From contig CAVUKB010000010.1 in the NCBI GenBank assembly GCA_963741955.1, forward strand, positions 504,260-568,259: DNA of 64,000 nt, in the 5' to 3' direction. The notes beneath the pieces were generated by a model, which saw nothing but the letters and a program-made list of their open reading frames with translations, was not told the origin of the DNA and searched no databases. Source of the stretch: an uncultured Acidobacteriota bacterium (lineage in GTDB: Bacteria > Acidobacteriota > Thermoanaerobaculia > Gp7-AA8). Numbering within the stretch: the first letter of the stretch is position 1; every line of letters begins with the position of its first letter. Positions 51,607 through 61,621 of the stretch are shown in pieces. Both the position numbers and the translations under genes were made by a program.

Positions 51607-52341
51607 GATGTCTCCTTGATGCGGTTGTCGGTGAGCGACCGGGTGAGTTCGAGATAGACCTGCTCGAGTGAGGCGCCGTTGGCTCTGGCGATGAGGTCGG
51701 CGACCGGCTGGTGGGTGATCAGGCGCCCCTGAGCGATGATCACGACGTCGTCGATGGTCTGGGCGAGTTCGGCGAGCAGGTGGCTGGACACGAACACGGT
51801 GCGCCCCTGAGAGGCGAGCGATTTGATCAGGCCGCGCAGCCAGTGCACGCCTTCGGGGTCGAGTCCGTTGGCGGGCTCGTCGAGCACGAGTGTGTCGGGG
51901 TCGCCGAGCAGCGCGGCGGCGAGTGCGAGTCGCTGCCGCATGCCGGTGGAGTAGCCGCCGGTGCGGCGTCGCGCCGCGGTCGTCAGGCCGACGAGGGCCA
52001 GGACATGATCGACGTGAGCCTCTGGGATGTCAGCGGCCCGGGCGATGACGCGTAGTGCGCTCCTGCCGGTGCGACGGGGATGGAAGACGTTCGGATCGAG
52101 CATCGCCCCGATTGATCGCAGCGGGTGACGCAGCTCGGCGTAGGGACGGCCGTCGATGGTCGCGGCGCCCGAGCATGGTTGGGTGAGCCCGAGCAGCATC
52201 CGAATGGTGGTGGTCTTGCCCGCGCCGTTGGCGCCGACGAAGCCGCGTGATGTGCCCGGGGGTGGGTGAGAAGGTCAAGCGGTCCGCGGCAGCCACCCGT
52301 CCGTAGCGCTTGCTCAGGTTGTGGAACTCGATTCGGGCCAC
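51603..52341 (-). CDS. ABC transporter ATP-binding protein (apparent frameshift near 52245)
   Basis: Walker A GANGAGKTT, signature YSTGMRQRL, LDEPANGLD and SSH. Confidence 0.85.
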
Positions 52342-52485
52342 GATGGCTCCCTGTTCCGGTTGGCCGCGTCCCTCGCGGCTCGGCCTCGAAACTAGGGACG
52401 TAGGCTCGGCCGGACGTCGGCCGTGAGAGCGCACTTGCGCCTACGTCGCGGGGACGCCGGAGTACATCTTGGGAGGTACGTGGGC

Positions 52486-53148
52486 TCAGCCGCCGGGGAT
52501 CGCCAATCCCGCCTCGTATGCGGCGACGACGAGCTGGGCGCGATCGCGCAGGCCGAGCTTGGTCAGGATGCGGCTGACGTGGGTCTTCGCCGTCGCGTGG
52601 CTGATGACGAGCCGCTGCGCGAGTTCCGCGTTCGACAATCCGGCCGCGACTAGCTGGAGTACCTCGGTCTCCCGCTGGGTCAGCGACGCGAGCAACTCCC
52701 GACGCGGCCGACCAGCCGGGCGCCGCGCGAATTCGCGCACCAGCCGAGAGGTGACCCTGGGCGCGAGCAGCGCCTCCCCGGCCGCGACGACACGGACGGC
52801 GTGCACCAGCTCGTCCGGTGTCGCGTCCTTGAGTAGGAACCCGCTCGCTCCGGCGGACAGCGCGGCGTAGACGTGCTCGTCGAGGTCGAAGGTGGTCAGG
52901 ATCAGGACCTTCACGTTCTCGGTGCCCGGTCCACCGACGATGCGCCGGGTCGCCTCGATCCCGTCCAGCACCGGCATGCGGACGTCCATGACCAGCACGT
53001 CAGGACGTTCCTGGCGGGCCAGGGCGACGGCCTGCTCGCCGTTCGCGGCTTCGCCGACGATGTCGAGGTCGCCGACCAGGCCGAGGTGCACGCGCAGCCC
53101 GTCGCGCAGCAGCGGCTGGTCGTCGCAGATGCCGACCCGGATCGTCAT
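52486..53148 (-). CDS. NarL/LuxR-family response regulator
   Basis: ICDDQ, MDVRMP, LTTFD, GFLLKD and LTQRE.EVL HTH. Confidence 0.92.
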   Translation of the reverse strand: MTIRVGICDDQPLLRDGLRVHLGLVGDLDIVGEAANGEQAVALARQERPDVLVMDVRMPVLDGIEATRRIVGGPGTENVKVLILTTFDLDEHVYAALSAGASGFLLKDATPDELVHAVRVVAAGEALLAPRVTSRLVREFARRPAGRPRRELLASLTQRETEVLQLVAAGLSNAELAQRLVISHATAKTHVSRILTKLGLRDRAQLVVAAYEAGLAIPGG

Positions 53149-54045
53149 GGCATGCCCGTTGGGCGCAAGGGAAGTGTGGGCATCGACGCGCCAGCCGTCC
53201 GCGGTGGGGCCGATGCGGGATTGCCCGCCGGCTGCGGCGACTCTGGCGCGGATGCCGGCGAGGCCGAGGCCGCTGCCTTCTGCCTCGCGCTGTGCCCGGG
53301 TGCCTCCCGATGAGTCGACCACCACCCGCAATATGGTCTCGGCGGAGGTCACCCGCACCGTGACGATCGCGCCCGGGGCGTGCTTGACCGCGTTGGTGAG
53401 GGCCTCCTGGACGACGCGGTAGGCACACAGCTGCACTTCCGGCGGCACGTGTCCGGTCCCTGGCGGCAGGTCGGCGGTCACGGCAACGCCACCTGCGCGG
53501 ACGTTGCCGACGAGCGTGGCGATCTCTGCCAGGCCAGGCGGCGGGGTTTCAACCTCCGAGACAGTGCCGGAGCCATCCCGCAGCAGCCCCAACAGCTGAC
53601 GCATCTCCCGCATCGCCGTGCGGCTGGTCGACTCCACGGCCGTCAGCGCGGCACGGGCGGCCCGCTCGTCGCCGGCGTCGAGGGCCACCCGCGCGGTGCT
53701 GGATTGCACCGCGACCGCGCCCAGCCCGTGACCGACGAGGTCGTGCATATCGCCCGCGATGCGCAGCCGCTCCTCGGCGACCGCGTGCCCGCGGGCCGCC
53801 TCGACCCGACCGCGCTCGCTGCGAACGAGTACCGCCGCCAGCACCACGATGATCGTGACCAGCGACAGCAGCGCCGACGGCTCGGACCTCGACCGGACCA
53901 GGTCACCGACCACGATGAACGCACAGGTCACCCCCGCCGCGGTCAGCGCGGCGAGCGTCGCCCGGCGGCGCTCGGGCACAAACGTCGCGAGTGACCAGAT
54001 GACCACCCACCGGCGAACGGCGGAACCACGCCGACCGCAACGACA
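53145..54045 (-). CDS. HisKA_3 sensor histidine kinase, 5'-truncated; one extra C falsely fuses it to the regulator
   Basis: ERLRIAGDMHDLVGH, YRVVQEALTNAVKHA and GSGLGLAGIRARV motifs. Confidence 0.8.
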
Positions 54046-54049
54046 TACC

Positions 54050-54625
54050 CGCCGCTGGTCGGGATGCGACCGCGCCCGGCTGGTAGTTGGAACGTTGGGC
54101 GGCTAGGTCTTTGAGGTACGTCATGGCTTGCAGCGTTTCGAGGGTGTTCTGCCAGGCGGCGCGGGCGCTGGTCGACCAGGCGGGCATGTTGAGGACCGGT
54201 AGTTCTGTTGGTGTGCTGTGTGCGGCGAGGCGCTGCGCGCCGGGTCCGATGGCCAGCAGCGCCGCGAGCCCGGTGTTGCTGGTGGTGAGCCGGTGCAGGA
54301 TCTCGGTGTGCAGTGCGCGCACCGCGGGGTGGTCGACCAGGGTGGTGCGCTGCGCGGCGGTGAGGTCGCTGATGTCGACCGGGACGGTACGCAGGATGAG
54401 GTAGCTGCCGGTCAGCCCGGCGGCGGTGAGGAAAGCCTGAAGCCGTTGGCCTGCTTCGCCGCACAGGGCGCGTGCGGTGAACAGGTCATCGGGTGCGTCG
54501 GGGTCGGCGAGCGCGACGATGGTCAGTGAGGTGAACCGGCCGCGGTAGATCGCACCGGTGCCGAAGGAGGCGTCGGAGGTGACGCCGAGGCTGGTGAAGT
54601 TCGGCCATCCCAGGCCAGGTTCGCC
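54050..54625 (-). pseudogene. Fragment of a uracil-DNA-glycosylase-like protein
   Basis: GAIYRGRF...DP...RALCGEAGQRLQAFL.A.GL..SY resembles UDG-superfamily motifs; both ends are missing. Confidence 0.45.
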
Positions 54626-54637
54626 GCCGAGGAGCAG

Positions 54638-54763
54638 GACGAGATCCTGGTGTTGTACCAGGGCCGGGTGCTCACCCTCGGTCGGCCCCACGACGTGCTT
54701 TCCGACGAGCGGGGGATCGGGGCCTACCTTGGACACCGGTACGCGCACCGGGCGGAGGGGTGA
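54638..54763 (+). pseudogene. LivG-like ABC ATPase C-terminal fragment
   Basis: DEILVLYQGRVLTLGRPHDVLSDER...AYLG directly upstream of the livF-like gene. Confidence 0.6.
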
Positions 54764-54770
54764 GGCCGTC

Positions 54771-55463
54771 GTGCTGACGATCACGGGCTTGGGCGCCGGA
54801 TACGGGCGGGTGCAGGTGCTCTGGGAGGTCGAGCTGGCCGTGGAGCGCAACCAGATCGTGGCGCTGGTCGGCCCGAACGGGGCGGGGAAGACGACCCTGT
54901 TGCGGGCGCTGTCGGGGATGGTTCCGATCCGGGCCGGCTCGGCCCGCTTCCAGGGCCACGATCTGGTCGGCCGGTCGGTGCAGGAGACGGTCGAGCTGGG
55001 CATCGCCCACGTCCCCGAGGGCCGCCGGCTGTTCGCCGGGCTGACCGTCCGGGACAACCTGCTGCTGGGCGGCTGGCGGCGGCACAACCGCGACCTCGAC
55101 AGAGTGATCGAACTGTTCCCGCTGCTCGGGGAGCGACTGGCGCAGATCGCGGGCAGCTTGCCCGGCGGGGAGCAGCAGATGTGCGCGATTGGGCGCGGGC
55201 TGATGAGCAGACCCGCCCTGCTCATGATCGACGAGCCGTCGCTTGGCCTGGCGCCGAACCTGGTCGACGAGATCCTGGGCCGACTGCCGGACATCGCGGC
55301 TACCGGCACCGCCGTGCTGCTGGTCGAGCAGGACGTCGACGCTGCCCTGGCCGTCGCCGAACGAGGCTATGTGCTCGAGACGGGACGGGTGGTGATCAGC
55401 GGGCTGTCGGGTGGACTGCTTGCCAACCCGCGGATCCAGGAGGCCTATCTGGGGGTCGGCTGA
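54771..55463 (+). CDS. Branched-chain amino acid ABC transporter ATP-binding protein (LivF-like)
   Basis: GPNGAGKTT, HVPEGRRLF, GGEQQM, DEPSLGLAP, LVEQ and EAYLG. Confidence 0.9.
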   Translation: MLTITGLGAGYGRVQVLWEVELAVERNQIVALVGPNGAGKTTLLRALSGMVPIRAGSARFQGHDLVGRSVQETVELGIAHVPEGRRLFAGLTVRDNLLLGGWRRHNRDLDRVIELFPLLGERLAQIAGSLPGGEQQMCAIGRGLMSRPALLMIDEPSLGLAPNLVDEILGRLPDIAATGTAVLLVEQDVDAALAVAERGYVLETGRVVISGLSGGLLANPRIQEAYLGVG

Positions 55464-55539
55464 CGCCGCGGATCGGCGCCGACTCGGCCCGCACGGGCGG
55501 TGCACGCGATAGAGACGGCCAGGAACGGAGGTACCGGTC

Positions 55540-56028
55540 GTGGAAACCTCAGCAGTCCTCGCCAGCGCCCGGGATCGAGTAGTCGACGAAGCGGCTGCCG
55601 CGCTCGAGCGACACCATCAGGCAAACGCATCCAGCCCAGACGAGCGCCGCCGCTACTTGCGGGGTCTTTTCGAGCTCGTCGTCCAGTGCGCGCACGAGGG
55701 CCATGCCGGGCCGATCATCGCGTCGTCCGAGCAGATCGCGGCGGACCGCTTTGTGGCCGGCTTCGACATTTCAGAGATCCAGGGAACGTTCAACGCCCTG
55801 GAGGAGGTGCTCTGGAGCCACATAGCCAGCACATTCGCCGGCGACCAGCGGATCGAGGCGCTCAGGCTCGTGAACAGCATCCTCGGGGCAGGGAAAGACG
55901 CGCTGGCTCGAACCTACGTGGCCCAGGCCAGCCGGAGGGGCAGTCCGGCGGGCGAGCGGCCCCCCATCTCGGTGGCAGGTGGCGGGGCGGCCACTGCAGG
56001 TGCCCCGGCTGGCGCCCATGCCGCCTGA
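55540..56028 (+). CDS. Helical protein, RsbRD-N/globin-like sensor fold candidate
   Basis: GGAGG RBS with GTG start; IA.DRF.AGF.ISEIQ..FNALEE.LW pattern. Confidence 0.5.
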   Translation: METSAVLASARDRVVDEAAAALERHHQANASSPDERRRYLRGLFELVVQCAHEGHAGPIIASSEQIAADRFVAGFDISEIQGTFNALEEVLWSHIASTFAGDQRIEALRLVNSILGAGKDALARTYVAQASRRGSPAGERPPISVAGGGAATAGAPAGAHAA

Positions 56029-56810
56029 CGGTCGCCGCCGTCAGGACGGAGGTCCTCGGACAAGTTGGCGTCATCACCCTGGACGACCAGCTCAGGCGCA
56101 ACGCCTTCAGCGCCCAGACGGCCAACGGCGTCGTCACCGCGCTCGATAGCCTGCGAGCCGAGGGCGTGCGCGCCGTTGTGCTGCGCGCTGCGGCGGGACT
56201 GCGCGTCTGGTCGGCCGGCTATGACATCGACGAGCTTCCCCGCGGCCGGCGCGACCCGCTCGGCTACGACGATCCTCTCGAACAACTGATCCGCGCCATC
56301 CGCATCTTCCCGGCTCCGGTCGTCGCCATGGTCCACGGCTCGGTGTGGGGCGGGGCGGTCGACCTAGTTCTCAGCTGCGATCTGGTGATCGCCGACGAGA
56401 CGGCGACGTTCGCCGTCACTCCGGCAAACCTGGGACTGCCGTACAACACTGCGGGGCTGCTCCACTTCCTCGGACGGCTGCCCATCAATCTCATCAAGGA
56501 GATGTTCTTCACCGCCGCGCCCCTCGACGCCCAGAAGGCCGAGAAATGGCTCTTGGTCAACCACCTGGTGGGGTCTGCGGACCTCGAAGGGTTCACCCTC
56601 GATCTGGCCGCGACGATGGCATCGAAATCGCCCATGGCCATAGTGGTCATCAAGGAGCAGCTCAATCTACTTACCGACTACCAACCCATCGCGGCACACG
56701 TGTACGAACGCATCCAGGGGCTGCGACGGCAGGCCTACGACAGCAGCGACTATCTCGAGGGTCTCAGGGCTTTCGCAGAGAAACGTCCGCCGATCTTCCG
56801 GGGCACCTGA
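56018..56810 (+). CDS. scpB: Methylmalonyl-CoA decarboxylase (crotonase fold); apparent 1-bp frameshift just after ATG
   Basis: SAGYDIDELP.GRRDPLGYDDPL, GSVWGGA, TPANLGLPYN and ERIQGLRR.AYDS.DY.EG closely recall E. coli ScpB/YgfG. Confidence 0.8.
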
Positions 56811-56919
56811 CGCCACTAACCCAGGGCGGCACGCATCCGCGCCGTTGGGGGCCGCGCAACCGTGGCTCGCCCGGCTGCTCGACTTGCTGCGCGGGCTTGG
56901 CGATCTGGCTGGATCGCCC

Positions 56920-57208
56920 ATCGCACGCTCGGCCGGACTGCTCGCCGCCGGAGAGGCACCGGTCGCCCCTCGAGCCGACCTACTCGTTGCCGTTCCCGGT
57001 CGTCGACACCGCGAGCGCCCGGCGGCTGGCGGTGCGCCTGGAAACCGACGCGGCCGCAGCCTGGCGCTACCTGATCGCGGTCAGCGCACCCGGCGAGGCG
57101 GCCCGCCAGGCCGCCGCGCCGGCCCTCACCGCGAGCGCGCTGCGGGCCATGCGGTGGCGGCGCCTGCTGACCCCGCAGACGCCGACGGTTCCGTTCCCTG
57201 GGCTCTGA
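56920..57208 (+). pseudogene. DUF4439 ferritin-like protein, C-terminal fragment
   Basis: PTYSLPFPV.D.ASARRLAVRLE.D.A.AWR...W...TVPFPG. Confidence 0.6.
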
Positions 57209-57216
57209 GTCCGCCC

Positions 57217-57903
57217 TCATGGCCAGCCGGCGATGACCTCGACCAAGTCGGCGAGCCGCTGGATGACGGCGTCGGGCTCGCCCTCGGCGGCGCCGCGCTG
57301 CCAGTGCGGGATGTCGCTGTGTGGTAGCAGCACGGCGCGCATCCCGACCGCCTTCGCCCCGTGGATGTCGTCGAACGGCCGGTCGCCGACGAATACCGCT
57401 TCCGCCGGATCGTCGACATCGACCGCGTCCAGCGCGGCGCGGAAGGCCTGCGGGTGTGGCTTGGTCCACTCGATCTCGCAGGTGTAGACGGCGCCGTCGA
57501 TCAGTGCCAGCACTTCGTCGCGCGCGAAGATCCGGTCATGGTGTTCGCGGGTCCACAGCGTGTTGGACAGCACGCCGATGCGGAGCCCCCACTCGCGCAG
57601 CTGGGCGAAGAGGGCCGGCACGTCGGGATCGGTGTAGGTGTGTGGCGTCCACCAGTCGTGATAGGCGTCCCGCAGCCCGGCCGGCGTCTCGATGCCCGCG
57701 GCAGCGAATACCTCCGCCAGGGTGGCACTGCGGTGCTCGTCGCGCGAACGCACCCACATCGCCTCCTCGGCCTCGCCGAGCCGGGCGGCGAGCTGCGGGT
57801 CGCCGGTGGCCGCGAGCCAGGCGTCGCGCGGGTCGACGGTGTGCCAGGGCGTGAGCGTGCCGCCCCAGTCGAAGATCACCGCCCGCACCGTCACGGTTAG
57901 CAC
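57217..57903 (-). CDS. HAD-family hydrolase
   Basis: VIFDWGGTL, LSNT, KPHP and VGDRPFDDI.GA motifs. Confidence 0.9.
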   Translation of the reverse strand: MLTVTVRAVIFDWGGTLTPWHTVDPRDAWLAATGDPQLAARLGEAEEAMWVRSRDEHRSATLAEVFAAAGIETPAGLRDAYHDWWTPHTYTDPDVPALFAQLREWGLRIGVLSNTLWTREHHDRIFARDEVLALIDGAVYTCEIEWTKPHPQAFRAALDAVDVDDPAEAVFVGDRPFDDIHGAKAVGMRAVLLPHSDIPHWQRGAAEGEPDAVIQRLADLVEVIAGWP

Positions 57904-58129
57904 GGTACGGTGGCGGGCGCCGACGTCTTGCGCATTTTCGGCCGGGCACCCGGCCCGGTCCCTCCGCGGTCAGTTACGCGTCGCGTGGTCGTCCGCACCC
58001 GTCCACTCGGCACCCAAGTGGACCACGCGGCGGACGGGACGCCCGGCCGTATCAGGCCCGCGCGGTACCGCCTCCGACTGCCCAGGTAGGGGTGCCGACC
58101 CCACTGGGAACGGGTGGCCCACCCACCGA

Positions 58130-58313
58130 CAACCCGCCACGCCACGACGAGGTTCTCGCCCGCGGCATGACCGCGTGGATCCACCTCTTCGGCGCGCTCA
58201 ACTTCGAGATGTTCAGCCGGCTCGACGGCGTCATCGACGACCGGGACGCCTTCTTCGATCACCAGATGCGCGTCGTGGCCCGCATGCTCGGTATCACCGA
58301 AGCGCGCCGCTGA
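58130..58313 (+). pseudogene. TetR C-terminal (WHG-like) domain fragment
   Basis: LARGMTAWIHLFGALNFEMF...FFDHQM; no HTH upstream. Confidence 0.55.
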
Positions 58314-58519
58314 GCTGCGCGACGCAGCGGGGGCGCGCGATCCGGCATCGCCGTTCAGGCAGGCGGTTCGCCGCCAGGCGGCCGCGCCTCGCGTGCCGCC
58401 GAGACGACCCGCGCCAGCTGCCGCAGCGTGGCCGCGACAAAGGCGTGATCCACGACAGCGGCGTGGCCCCGGCACGATCGGCCCATCTGCGCACATGTCG
58501 AGCAGGACGCCCGCGACGG

Positions 58520-59293
58520 TCGCGGCCGCGACAGCTGCATGGTGAGCGGCTACGACCTCGGCCGCTCGACGGCACGTTCAAGACCGGGGGCGTACGGACG
58601 CACCGGACGAGTCAAGTTCGGCACCGAGTCGAACGGCGGCTTCAAGAACATCGCGATCTCGAACATCATCTTCGAGTACTGCCGGGGCCTCGCCCTGGAG
58701 ACCGTCGACGGCGGGCTGCTCGAGGACGTCACCATCAGCAACCTCACGATGCGCAACGTCGAGACACCGCTGTTCCTCCGGCTCGGCGCCCGCGTGCGCG
58801 GCCCGGCCGGCCTCGAGATCGGCACGCTGCGCCGGGTGAGCATCAGCAACGTCACGGTGCACGACGCCGACCCGCGCTACCCGTCGACGATCGCGGGCAT
58901 CCCTGGGCGCAACATCGAGGACGTCCGGATCAGCGACGTGCGGCAGTACCTGGTCGGCGGCCTGTCCCCCGGCGACGCGGTGCAGGATCCGCCCGAACTC
59001 GAAGACGCGTACCCCGAGAACTACATGTTCGGCACGCTGCCCGCGTACGGCTTCTTCATCCGGCACTCGCCGGGATCGAACTCGACAACGTGGCCGTGCG
59101 GTACGAGCAGACCGACACCCGGCCCGCGTTCGTGCTGCGCGACGTGAGCGACGCGGACTTCCACCACGTCCGGGCGGACAAGACGGCCGGCGTATCGACC
59201 TTCGTGCTCGACGACGTCGACGATTTCACCGTCGCCGACAGCCGCCCGGTCGCTGACACGCACCACGACCACGTCGACCACGACGAGCTGTAG
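58520..59293 (+). pseudogene. Glycoside hydrolase family 28-like protein, C-terminal fragment (frameshifted)
   Basis: TGRVKFGTESNGGFKNI.ISN..FEYCRGLALETVDGG and YPE..MFG.LPAYGF.IRH. Confidence 0.75.
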
Positions 59294-59337
59294 AAGAAGG
59301 GGCTGAACCGCGCTACCAAGCTACGGTGGACGCCACC

Positions 59338-59745
59338 ATGACGTTCACCGCCGAGCCTCGCGTCGACACGTACATCGACGCCCTGCCCGATTGGCAGCAG
59401 GCAATCTGCCGCGAAGTCCACGAACTCGTCCATGCCGCCGACCCGGAAGTCATCGAGACCATCAAGCGCACCAGGCAGCCGTACTTCGTGTTGCCAGGCA
59501 ACATCTGCGCGCTGCTGGCCGCGAAGGACCACGTCAACGTGTTCCTCTACGACGGCGCCATGGTCCCGGATCCGGAGGGAATCATCACGGCCGGCCACGA
59601 CAACAAGACCGCCCGCACTGTAGCCATCCGCAAGGGCGAGACCATCAACGCAGCCGCGCTGACCGCTATGTTCCAGCAGATCATCGCCAACAACCGTGCC
59701 GGCGGCTGGCGCAAGTTGAAGCGCGAACGCGAGGATCATCGATGA
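59338..59745 (+). CDS. DUF1801 domain protein
   Basis: VDTYIDALP.WQ...C..V..LVH.ADP.V.ETIK...PYF. Confidence 0.8.
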   Translation: MTFTAEPRVDTYIDALPDWQQAICREVHELVHAADPEVIETIKRTRQPYFVLPGNICALLAAKDHVNVFLYDGAMVPDPEGIITAGHDNKTARTVAIRKGETINAAALTAMFQQIIANNRAGGWRKLKREREDHR

Positions 59746-59779
59746 CCGAGCAACGCCGCACGCGGGCGGGAGTAACCAG

Positions 59780-60052
59780 ATGAGCGCATTCGACCGCTTC
59801 AAGAGCAAGGCCGAGGAGCTGGCGAAGAAGGCAAAGCCGAAGGCCGAAGAACTCCGCGAGAAGGCCAAGCCGCTGGCCCAGACGTTCATGGAGAAGGCAG
59901 AGCGCGCAGGCGAGTCGCTGAAGAACAAGGCCGAGGACGTCGCCGAGGGATTCCGCCAGGGCACCGAGAAGGCGTCGCGACCGGCGGACGGGAAGCCGGC
60001 TGGCGAGCCCGAGAAGTCCGCGGACCCAGGCGAGGGCAAACCCGAGGCCTGA
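59780..60052 (+). CDS. Small Lys/Glu-rich amphipathic protein (general-stress/LEA-like)
   Basis: GGGAG RBS; repeated KAEEL..KAKP units. Confidence 0.65.
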   Translation: MSAFDRFKSKAEELAKKAKPKAEELREKAKPLAQTFMEKAERAGESLKNKAEDVAEGFRQGTEKASRPADGKPAGEPEKSADPGEGKPEA

Positions 60053-60068
60053 AGCCCGAAACCCGCCC

Positions 60069-60947
60069 ATGCAAGCTCAAGCCGCGAGCCAGACTGCCGT
60101 GCTGGTCTGCCAAGGCCGTGCCGCCGCGCACGAACGCGTCGCGCCCGATCGGTTCGCCGACCCGACGGCGATGGCGCTGCTCCGCGAGCACGAGCGCGTT
60201 CCGGTCGAGCAGGTGCGCGCCGGCACGGCGCCGAAGGCTTGGGGTGAGCGCGTCCCGTTCGAGATGGTGCGAGCCTGCGCCGAGATCATGGTGCCGCGCA
60301 CGATCGCCATCGACGACGCGGTGCGCGAGCGGCACGCTCCCCAACTGGTGATCCTGGGCGCCGGCCTGGACGGACGTGCCTGGCGCATGACCGAGCTCGC
60401 CGACGTCGACGTGTTCGAGGTCGACCATCCGGCCTCGCAGCAGGACAAGCGCGACCGGCTCGGCGACCTGGCTCCGCCCGCATTGGCCCGGACGTTGCGG
60501 TACGTACCCGTCGATTTCACGCACGATCGGCTCGATGCCGCGCTGGACGCGGCAGGGCAGCAGCCCGCGACACCGACCACCTGGGTCTGGGAGGGCGTCG
60601 TCCCGTACCTCACCAGGGCCGATGTCGACGACACAGCCGCTGTCATCAGCGCCCGCTCCGCGCCAGGCAGCCGCCTCGTCGTCAATTACCAGTCGCCGGC
60701 GATGTCCGCGGCCGGGGGCCGGCTGGTCGCCCGGGCGATCACCGCGCTGGCCGGCCGATCCAGCCCGTGGGCGCGCGAGCCGCGCCGCTCATCCTGGACG
60801 CCGGCGGCTATGCGCGAACTGCTGACCGACGGCCTCGCCGTCGTCCGCGACGACGACCTGCTCACCCTCGCCGAGCAGCTGCCCGTCCCGGTCAAGCAGC
60901 GCCGCTCGCTGCGCACCGGAAGGGTGGCAATCGCCGACAGGGCTTGA
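60069..60947 (+). CDS. SAM-dependent methyltransferase (LCM/TIGR00027-like)
   Basis: RT..IDD, QLVILGAGLDGRAWR, FEVDHP, VPVDF and WEGVVPYL motifs. Confidence 0.9.
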   Translation: MQAQAASQTAVLVCQGRAAAHERVAPDRFADPTAMALLREHERVPVEQVRAGTAPKAWGERVPFEMVRACAEIMVPRTIAIDDAVRERHAPQLVILGAGLDGRAWRMTELADVDVFEVDHPASQQDKRDRLGDLAPPALARTLRYVPVDFTHDRLDAALDAAGQQPATPTTWVWEGVVPYLTRADVDDTAAVISARSAPGSRLVVNYQSPAMSAAGGRLVARAITALAGRSSPWAREPRRSSWTPAAMRELLTDGLAVVRDDDLLTLAEQLPVPVKQRRSLRTGRVAIADRA

Positions 60948-60976
60948 CAGATCCTAGGTTGTGAGTGAACACTCAC
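60944..60976 (+). promoter_or_regulatory. Promoter -35 plus palindromic TetR operator
   Basis: TTGACA at 60944-60949; GTGAGTG-AA-CACTCAC at 60961-60976 just before the TetR ATG; related site AAGTAACCACTCAC near 61578-61591 before the MFS gene. Confidence 0.65.
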
Positions 60977-60980
60977 TACC

Positions 60981-61538
60981 ATGACAACGACGGCACCCCG
61001 GCAGACGGCGGACGAGCGACGCATGGCGGTTCTCAACGCCGCGACGCACGAGTTCGCGGTACGCGGCCTGCACGGTGCCTCGACCGAGAACATCGCGCGA
61101 GCCGCCGGCATCTCACAGCCTTACCTGTTCCGACTCTTCGGCTCGAAGAAGGAGCTCTACCTCGCCGCCTCCAAGCGTTGCGCCGACGAGCTGCACGAGG
61201 TCTTCGTGCGCGCCGCGGAGGGCAAATCAGGTGTCGAGGCGCTGCAAGCGATGGGCAATACCTACACCGAAGTAATGCAGGACCGTGACCGCTTGATGCT
61301 GATGCTCAAGTCGTGGACGTCCTGCGACGACCCCGACATCGCCCGCCACACGCGTAGTGCCTGGCGCAATCTGGTCGACCTCGCCGAGCAAGCGTCGGGC
61401 GAGCCCGCGGACGTCGTCAGCCGGTTCTTCGCCGACGGCATGCTCATCACGATCTTCATGTCGCTCAACCTGGTCGAGGACCCTGAGCCATGGGCCACCC
61501 GGCTGCTCAACGCGTGCAAGGACGACATGACCGGCTAG
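60981..61538 (+). CDS. TetR/AcrR family regulator
   Basis: EFAVRGLHGASTENIARAAGISQPYLFRLFGSKKEL HTH. Confidence 0.92.
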   Translation: MTTTAPRQTADERRMAVLNAATHEFAVRGLHGASTENIARAAGISQPYLFRLFGSKKELYLAASKRCADELHEVFVRAAEGKSGVEALQAMGNTYTEVMQDRDRLMLMLKSWTSCDDPDIARHTRSAWRNLVDLAEQASGEPADVVSRFFADGMLITIFMSLNLVEDPEPWATRLLNACKDDMTG

Positions 61539-61621
61539 CGGCCCCCGTCCCGGATATTTTTTTTGTCCAAGTTTTGGAAGTAACCACTCACTTTCACAGC
61601 TACAACTTGAAGGAGAAGACG

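Noticed and set aside
52486-54006. Apparent histidine kinase-response regulator fusion (506-aa ORF)
   Set aside because: Deleting one C in GATGCCCACA gives DATLPLRPTGMP-stop with a normal ATGA overlap onto the regulator; likely a sequencing indel
53903-55309. 468-aa minus-strand ORF
   Set aside because: Chimeric read-through of antisense livF sequence into the UDG-like fragment
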